A DNA stretch of 29,954 nt, from positions 1 through 29,954 of the IMG/VR virus record IMGVR_UViG_3300020043_000464. One strand, written 5' to 3'. This DNA comes from a virus (Duplodnaviria; Caudoviricetes). The notes under the pieces were generated by a model, which was not told the DNA's origin, made no database searches, and was given only the letters and a program-made list of their open reading frames with translations. Of this stretch, positions 25,859-29,954 are shown piece by piece; within the stretch, counting starts at the first letter, position 1; every line of letters starts with the position of its first letter. The translations under genes and the position numbers were made by a program.

Positions 25859-26268
25859 CAAAAAGGAATTTCCGAGTCCATATCGTCAAAGCCTGACGAT
25901 TGTTGCTGTTTCGGTTTCTCGGCTTGTTGTTCTTTCGGTCTGCTCAAGATTGTCATTTCATTGCAAACAATGTCAACTGTTGAGATTTCCATTCCATCCT
26001 TGTTGGTGAACTTGCCATATTTGATTTGACCCTCAACATAGATCGTGGAGCCTTTCTTGACATACTCACCAACGATCTCAGCGAGTTTGTCAAAGAACTT
26101 CAAGCGATGCCATTGAGTGTCTTCAATCGACTCTCCAGTTTGCTTGTCTTTGCGTTTCTGACTGGTTGCAAGCGAGAGATTCGCAATCGCTTTTCCTGCT
26201 GATGAATATCGGACTTCTGGATCGCGTCCACACACTCCGATTAGATGCACTTTATTGACTGAGGCCAT
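25858..26268 (-). CDS. ssb: Single-stranded DNA-binding protein
   Basis: MASVNKVHLIG, DPEVRY, TQWHR, KGSTIYVEG, acidic tail DDMDSEIPF. Confidence 0.97.
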   Translation of the reverse strand: MASVNKVHLIGVCGRDPEVRYSSAGKAIANLSLATSQKRKDKQTGESIEDTQWHRLKFFDKLAEIVGEYVKKGSTIYVEGQIKYGKFTNKDGMEISTVDIVCNEMTILSRPKEQQAEKPKQQQSSGFDDMDSEIPF

Positions 26269-26904
26269 TTAATTTTCTCCTGAATGTTCTTTGGCAATTT
26301 GGTTGATGATTTGTTGGTAATACTCTCGGGCGGCTTCCACCTTCACTTTGATCTTGTCCTCAAGTGCTTTGTCTCTTTGGTAAGGGACTCGGGTCACTCT
26401 GAGTTCAGGAGCGATGTGATCGACTTGATGAAGCGTTGCGTCTTCATACTTTATGAGGTCTTCAGGAGTCGAGACTAAGCAATAAGCAATGCTTGCTTGC
26501 TCAACATCCCAAAGCCACATATATGCTCTCAATTGCCATTCATAATCTTTGTCTTCACCTTGTTCTGCCAACACAGGAAAGGTGGTCAATGACCATGAGG
26601 ACTTGATGTCAATGATTGAGTCTCCAGTGAATATGTCGCACTCACCAGTGATCCAGTCATTCTCTTTTCTCTCGGTGTTCTTTTGGTAACTGGTGAACAA
26701 AACCGAATTGAGAAGTTCAATCGACTGATCCTCGACTTGAATTCCTTTATCCATATATTTGGAGGAAATCCTTTCATCAAAGCCATAAACAAACTCAATC
26801 GCTTGCTTGGTGATAAAAGTCTTTGCACCAACAGACAGAATCTCAGTCTTTTTGACTGGATCACTCATGATCTTGGAAAGCGATGAGGCTCTGAATTTAA
26901 GCAT
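26269..26904 (-). CDS. PD-(D/E)XK exonuclease (YqaJ/lambda-exo-like)
   Basis: FRASS, KGIQVE, GECD...IDIK, YEWQLRAYM. Start moved to MLKFRAS, overlapping the ERF stop. Confidence 0.82.
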   Translation of the reverse strand: MLKFRASSLSKIMSDPVKKTEILSVGAKTFITKQAIEFVYGFDERISSKYMDKGIQVEDQSIELLNSVLFTSYQKNTERKENDWITGECDIFTGDSIIDIKSSWSLTTFPVLAEQGEDKDYEWQLRAYMWLWDVEQASIAYCLVSTPEDLIKYEDATLHQVDHIAPELRVTRVPYQRDKALEDKIKVKVEAAREYYQQIINQIAKEHSGEN

Positions 26905-27508
26905 TTGACAAACCTTTGACAATCATGGCCTCTTGATCCTCTGTGAGTGCAAAACAGGCTCTGAGTTTGTCAGTGGTGAACTCACCCAATTTGATCTTTT
27001 CTATGGCCTTTTTAAGCCTTAGATCGGTGATCAATGGCAACTGAACAACTTTCGGCTCTGGCTCAGTTCCTGTTGGCAAAACAGTATGATCCTCAGCCTC
27101 AGTGTCATTGTCTCCCTCAGTTGGAATTGCAAAGGCCATGAATGCGGCATATTTGTATGCAGCCGACATCGCTTTGCTGGTAGCTTTGTCTCCAGAGTCC
27201 ATCGCTTCACCATAAGTTTTGATTGTGTGTTTTGAGCCATCCTCTGAGGACACAAAATCAAACTCGGCCTCGACAGTCACATAAAACAAAGTATTGCCAG
27301 ACTTTGAAACTCGCTCATCACACTGACGAGAAATAATGCGAGGCAAGATGCAAAGACCAGATCGAGCAAGCACAGGCGCGATGGCGTTATAAACATCATC
27401 GATGCCTCGAAAGTTATATCCACTGCCCTGAGAGTTTTTGCGATTTTTCTCGATGCCATTTTGCGAAAGTGCGGCTTGCACTTTGCTGATCGCTTGATAA
27501 ACTTTCAT
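26897..27508 (-). CDS. erf: ERF-family single-strand annealing protein
   Basis: YNFRGIDDVYNA and GEAMDSGDKATSKAMSAAYKYA...IPT. Confidence 0.88.
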   Translation of the reverse strand: MKVYQAISKVQAALSQNGIEKNRKNSQGSGYNFRGIDDVYNAIAPVLARSGLCILPRIISRQCDERVSKSGNTLFYVTVEAEFDFVSSEDGSKHTIKTYGEAMDSGDKATSKAMSAAYKYAAFMAFAIPTEGDNDTEAEDHTVLPTGTEPEPKVVQLPLITDLRLKKAIEKIKLGEFTTDKLRACFALTEDQEAMIVKGLSNA

Positions 27509-27663
27509 TGTTCAATCCTTTTGATTTGTTTTGCGACGAGCCATTTATCTCCAAGATGGCGAACACTGGCGATCCACTGCTTTTGGTAACTGCGGATCAC
27601 ATGGGGTGGTGCGTCATAAGAGGCAAAGATTTTTCGCACATGGCGAAGGAAACGAGTGTTCAT
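27505..27663 (-). CDS. 52-aa hypothetical protein (not in ORF track)
   Basis: MNTRFLRHVRKIFASYDAPPHVIRSYQKQWIASVRHLGDKWLVAKQIKRIEQ. AGGAG RBS, ATGA overlap with erf. Confidence 0.75.
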   Translation of the reverse strand: MNTRFLRHVRKIFASYDAPPHVIRSYQKQWIASVRHLGDKWLVAKQIKRIEQ

Positions 27664-27679
27664 GTAGTTCTCCTGTTGA

Positions 27680-27695
27680 TGGGGCCGAAGCCCCT
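27680..27695 (-). repeat. cUUCGg hairpin, copy 1
   Basis: GGGGC-TTCG-GCCCC on the minus strand. Identical 16-mer at 27939-27954. Confidence 0.85.
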
Positions 27696-27699
27696 TGGT

Positions 27700-27921
27700 T
27701 TAGTTAAGAATCAAACGGCCTGTCAGACCTATGGATTGCAATGTGTTAATTGCATTTTGAATTGCCTCTCTGCGAGTTTTGCCATAAAACACAGGAGGGA
27801 CATTTGTGCCTTCCAAAGCACAATCAAACTCAACGATCCAAGCTGGTGGAACAGTTGCGCGAATGCGAGGGTTATATTGCTCTGTTTGAAAGTAGCAATC
27901 AGCGATAAATTTTTTGGTCAT
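27700..27921 (-). CDS. 73-aa hypothetical early protein
   Basis: AGGAGAACTGCAA leader, flanked by the two hairpin repeats. Confidence 0.75.
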   Translation of the reverse strand: MTKKFIADCYFQTEQYNPRIRATVPPAWIVEFDCALEGTNVPPVFYGKTRREAIQNAINTLQSIGLTGRLILN

Positions 27922-27938
27922 TTGCAGTTCTCCTAAAG

Positions 27939-27954
27939 TGGGGCCGAAGCCCCT
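27939..27954 (-). repeat. cUUCGg hairpin, copy 2
   Basis: Identical to 27680-27695. Confidence 0.85.
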
Positions 27955-27960
27955 GTTTAA

Positions 27961-28125
27961 TTAAATTGAGGAATTTTTGTAAACGCGAAACATCGCTTTA
28001 AATTCTTTTGATTCAGGCTTCATGTTGCTGTAAACAACATTGCCATTTGTGTCTAAACGCATCATGCAAGTGAATGCGCCATAAACAATGAAGCCTGTTG
28101 AAGTTTTGATGATTGATCGTGTCAT
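27961..28125 (-). CDS. 54-aa hypothetical early protein (not in ORF track)
   Basis: MTRSIIKTSTGFIVYGAFTCMMRLDTNGNVVYSNMKPESKEFKAMFRVYKNSSI. Shares an 18-nt RBS/start block with the 27921 gene. Confidence 0.7.
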   Translation of the reverse strand: MTRSIIKTSTGFIVYGAFTCMMRLDTNGNVVYSNMKPESKEFKAMFRVYKNSSI

Positions 28126-28172
28126 TTGCAGTTCTCCTGTTGTTGCTCAAAACAGTTCTGAGCATGGGTTTG

Positions 28173-28202
28173 ATTATACACACACTTTTTCAATTGCAAC
28201 AA
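28173..28202 (-). promoter_or_regulatory. Leftward early promoter
   Basis: Perfect TATAAT at 28178-28173 with TTGTTG 18 nt upstream. A hairpin TGCTCAGAA/TTTTGAGCA lies in the leader. Confidence 0.6.
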
Positions 28203-28264
28203 GTATTTTCTAAGTATTTTCCCTAATCGTTGTTTTTTTTCAAATGACATGGTGACAATTGCTC

Positions 28265-28462
28265 ATGTTTCATGAAAAGTTCTATCCTCACTGCTTTCCA
28301 GACAGAAAAATCTTTGTCGAGTGGCTTTATTGGGCAAAGGTGTCCAAAGAGGTGGCTTCACCTTGTCATGATTGTTCTATCTCATACGAGGCTCAAATGG
28401 TGAGCCAGTCTCGCTGTCAAAGAGAATTTATTTCAACAACATTTGTCATCAATAAAAAATGA
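28265..28462 (+). CDS. 65-aa hypothetical protein with Cys motifs, possibly Zn-binding
   Basis: PHCF...PCHDC...RC. ATG 28265 preferred over TTG 28259. ATGA overlap downstream. Confidence 0.65.
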   Translation: MFHEKFYPHCFPDRKIFVEWLYWAKVSKEVASPCHDCSISYEAQMVSQSRCQREFISTTFVINKK

Positions 28463-28815
28463 AACTTTCCTATGGTCACAAATCGCTCTTGCAGCGACTC
28501 TCTGGAGGCAGTCGCTCTGGTCACTCATTCAGCCACATGGACACTGTGAACTCGCAACTCTCGATCCATTACGCTCGATATTTGAACGATATGCAAAGGG
28601 CTGGTCTGGTCGTTGAGATCAACAATGAATGGCACTTGACGCAGGGTGGGCGGGAGGCTTTGCATAACTCAAAAGAGAAAGTTTCGGCTCCATCATGGGT
28701 CGGCACTGGTGTTTATGATGGCGCTGAGTTGAAATCTCGCGTGCATCGCGCTGGTGCTTATGATTTCCTCAAATTTCCATCGAGGGTTGGTGACTTGAGG
28801 ACTTTTCTGAAGTAA
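28459..28815 (+). CDS. Hypothetical protein, winged-helix-like
   Basis: YLNDMQRAGLV...WHLTQGGREAL. Confidence 0.65.
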   Translation: MKLSYGHKSLLQRLSGGSRSGHSFSHMDTVNSQLSIHYARYLNDMQRAGLVVEINNEWHLTQGGREALHNSKEKVSAPSWVGTGVYDGAELKSRVHRAGAYDFLKFPSRVGDLRTFLK

Positions 28816-28823
28816 GATATATT
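28795..28823 (+). promoter_or_regulatory. Candidate promoter for the replication genes
   Basis: TTGAGG-N17-TATATT. The predicted start (~28830) coincides with the 5' end of the structured leader. Confidence 0.5.
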
Positions 28824-28825
28824 TC

Positions 28826-28917
28826 GAACACGGCTAGGGCGGACTAATTACCCGCTACGAAAAGAGAACTCCCCTCCTGCCGAGGTTCACTTTCTGGGAG
28901 GTTCGCGGAGTTGTTTT
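28826..28917 (+). ncRNA. Candidate structured leader (three-way junction + pseudoknot) of the replication initiator
   Basis: Stems CGGC-U-AG/CU-GCCG, GGCGG/CCGCU and GAG/CUC. Loop CUCCC is complementary to GGGAG at 28896-28900. Confidence 0.5.
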
Positions 28918-29673
28918 ATGTACTACTACTGTTTCAATATTGGTGACTATCAAAGTCACACTTCACATTTGTCCGACATCGAGGACTTGGTTTATAGGCG
29001 TTTGCTTGATTGGTACTATTTGCATGAGTGTCCAATTCCACTCGATGAGGTTGAAATTTCCAGACAAATAAGGATGCGAATGCATAGCGAAAGCATTGCG
29101 ATCGTTTTGCGAGAGTATTTCGAATGCACTGATGATGGATGGATTCATCATCGAGCCAACAAAGAAATTGCCAAGGCTGATGAAAAATCTCAAAAAGCAA
29201 GTGAAAGCGCAAAAGCAAGGTGGAATAAACCGAAAGATGCGAACGCATTGCCAGCGCAATCCGAAAGCAATGCTACACAAGACACAAGACACATAACACA
29301 AGACACAAAACACAATAAGAAAACAACTGCCGTTGTTTGTCCTGATTTTGTTGAACAACAAGTTTGGAATGATTTTCTGTCAATCAGAAAAGCCAAGAAA
29401 TCTCCGATGACTGAAACAGCATTGAGAGGAATCGAGCGTGAAGCCAAGAAAGCTGGTTGGTCACTTGAGAAAGCAATCTCTGAATGTGTCACTCGCGGAT
29501 GGCAATCATTCAAAGCCGAATGGGTCAAAGAGAAGCTGACTCAATCTGAGCAACGACAAAACACCATGAATCAGTTGACCAGAGGTCTGTCAACACCAAA
29601 AGCCCCATTCTGGGCAAAACCCGAAACCAATGTACTGGAGGCCGATGATGTGGAACGAAAAAGACTTCTGTGA
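28918..29673 (+). CDS. Replication initiator, YdaU/DUF1376-like
   Basis: YYCFNIGDYQSHTSHLS...YRRLLDWYY, GWIHHR, KASESAKARW. C-terminal WNDFLSIRKAKK...GWQSF. Confidence 0.85.
   Translation: MYYYCFNIGDYQSHTSHLSDIEDLVYRRLLDWYYLHECPIPLDEVEISRQIRMRMHSESIAIVLREYFECTDDGWIHHRANKEIAKADEKSQKASESAKARWNKPKDANALPAQSESNATQDTRHITQDTKHNKKTTAVVCPDFVEQQVWNDFLSIRKAKKSPMTETALRGIEREAKKAGWSLEKAISECVTRGWQSFKAEWVKEKLTQSEQRQNTMNQLTRGLSTPKAPFWAKPETNVLEADDVERKRLL
29074..29316. repeat. Iteron-like repeats inside the initiator gene (probable origin)
   Basis: Phased 11-mers at 29074-29128 and 29237-29269. Six 7-mers of the ACACAAG type at 29275-29316. Confidence 0.6.
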
Positions 29674-29954
29674 TGCTGACTCAGGCTTTGATTACATTTT
29701 TGGTGTGATGAATGCGATCTATGGCTCAAGGTTTGTCACTCATTGGCAAGATGTCGAGCCAGCACTTGTCAGACAGATTTGGAAAGAAAAACTCGGTGTG
29801 TTCCTGACTTACAAGCCAAGCATGGATTTTGCCCTGAAGCACCTCGATGCTGACTTTCCACCAAGCGCGATCAAGTTCAGAGATTTTTGCAATCTTGGCC
29901 CAGAAATCCCAAGACAGCCTCCAAGCGATTTATTGCTGACAAAACAAAAAACTC
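29648..29954 (+). CDS. Lambda P-like replication protein / helicase loader (3'-truncated, not in ORF track)
   Basis: GGAGG RBS. MWNEKDF...MNAIYGSRFVTHW...FPPSAIKFRDFC, open to the window end, directly after the initiator. Confidence 0.6.
   Translation, partial: MWNEKDFCDADSGFDYIFGVMNAIYGSRFVTHWQDVEPALVRQIWKEKLGVFLTYKPSMDFALKHLDADFPPSAIKFRDFCNLGPEIPRQPPSDLLLTKQKT

Noticed and set aside
27508-27936. 142-aa plus-strand ORF
   Set aside because: It is antisense to two minus-strand genes with strong RBSs and runs across their hairpin repeat.
27680-27954. UUCG hairpins as intrinsic terminators of the early operon
   Set aside because: No U-tract follows on the coding strand, and each sits just upstream of an RBS.
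27661-28145. CRISPR mini-array
   Set aside because: Repeats are 13-18 nt, separated by whole genes of about 160-220 nt, and there are no cas genes.
1-29954. Stop-codon reassignment, since TAG stops are nearly absent
   Set aside because: Genes are full length under the standard code and tile without gaps. No suppressor tRNA is seen.

Overview
A ~30 kb piece of a tailed dsDNA phage genome with a lambda-like siphovirus layout, probably infecting a Gram-negative proteobacterium (it has Rz/Rz1 spanins and an SSB starting MASVNKV). Plus strand 1-25194 carries the late genes: end of TerS, lambda GpA-type TerL, gpW-like adaptor, portal, one 815-aa ORF fusing two unknown domains with the prohead protease and major capsid protein, neck and tail genes with a -1 frameshifted chaperone, tape measure, tail tip, a large fibre module, eight small mostly membrane genes (four missing from the ORF track), Rz/Rz1 and a GH19 endolysin. 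Minus strand 25191-28125 is an early operon: MazG-like, HTH, SSB, exonuclease, ERF and three short cassette genes. Plus strand 28265-end is a replication operon with a YdaU/DUF1376-like initiator carrying internal repeats and a P-like protein. No integrase, CI/Cro pair, tRNA or CRISPR array is visible. The best candidates for something new are a bead/rope/adaptor fibre with an exact 13 x 22-aa repeat protein, two compact structured RNA leaders, nested starts in the capsid fusion ORF, and the expanded membrane-gene chain. All calls come from reading motifs by eye; no searches or folding programs were run.
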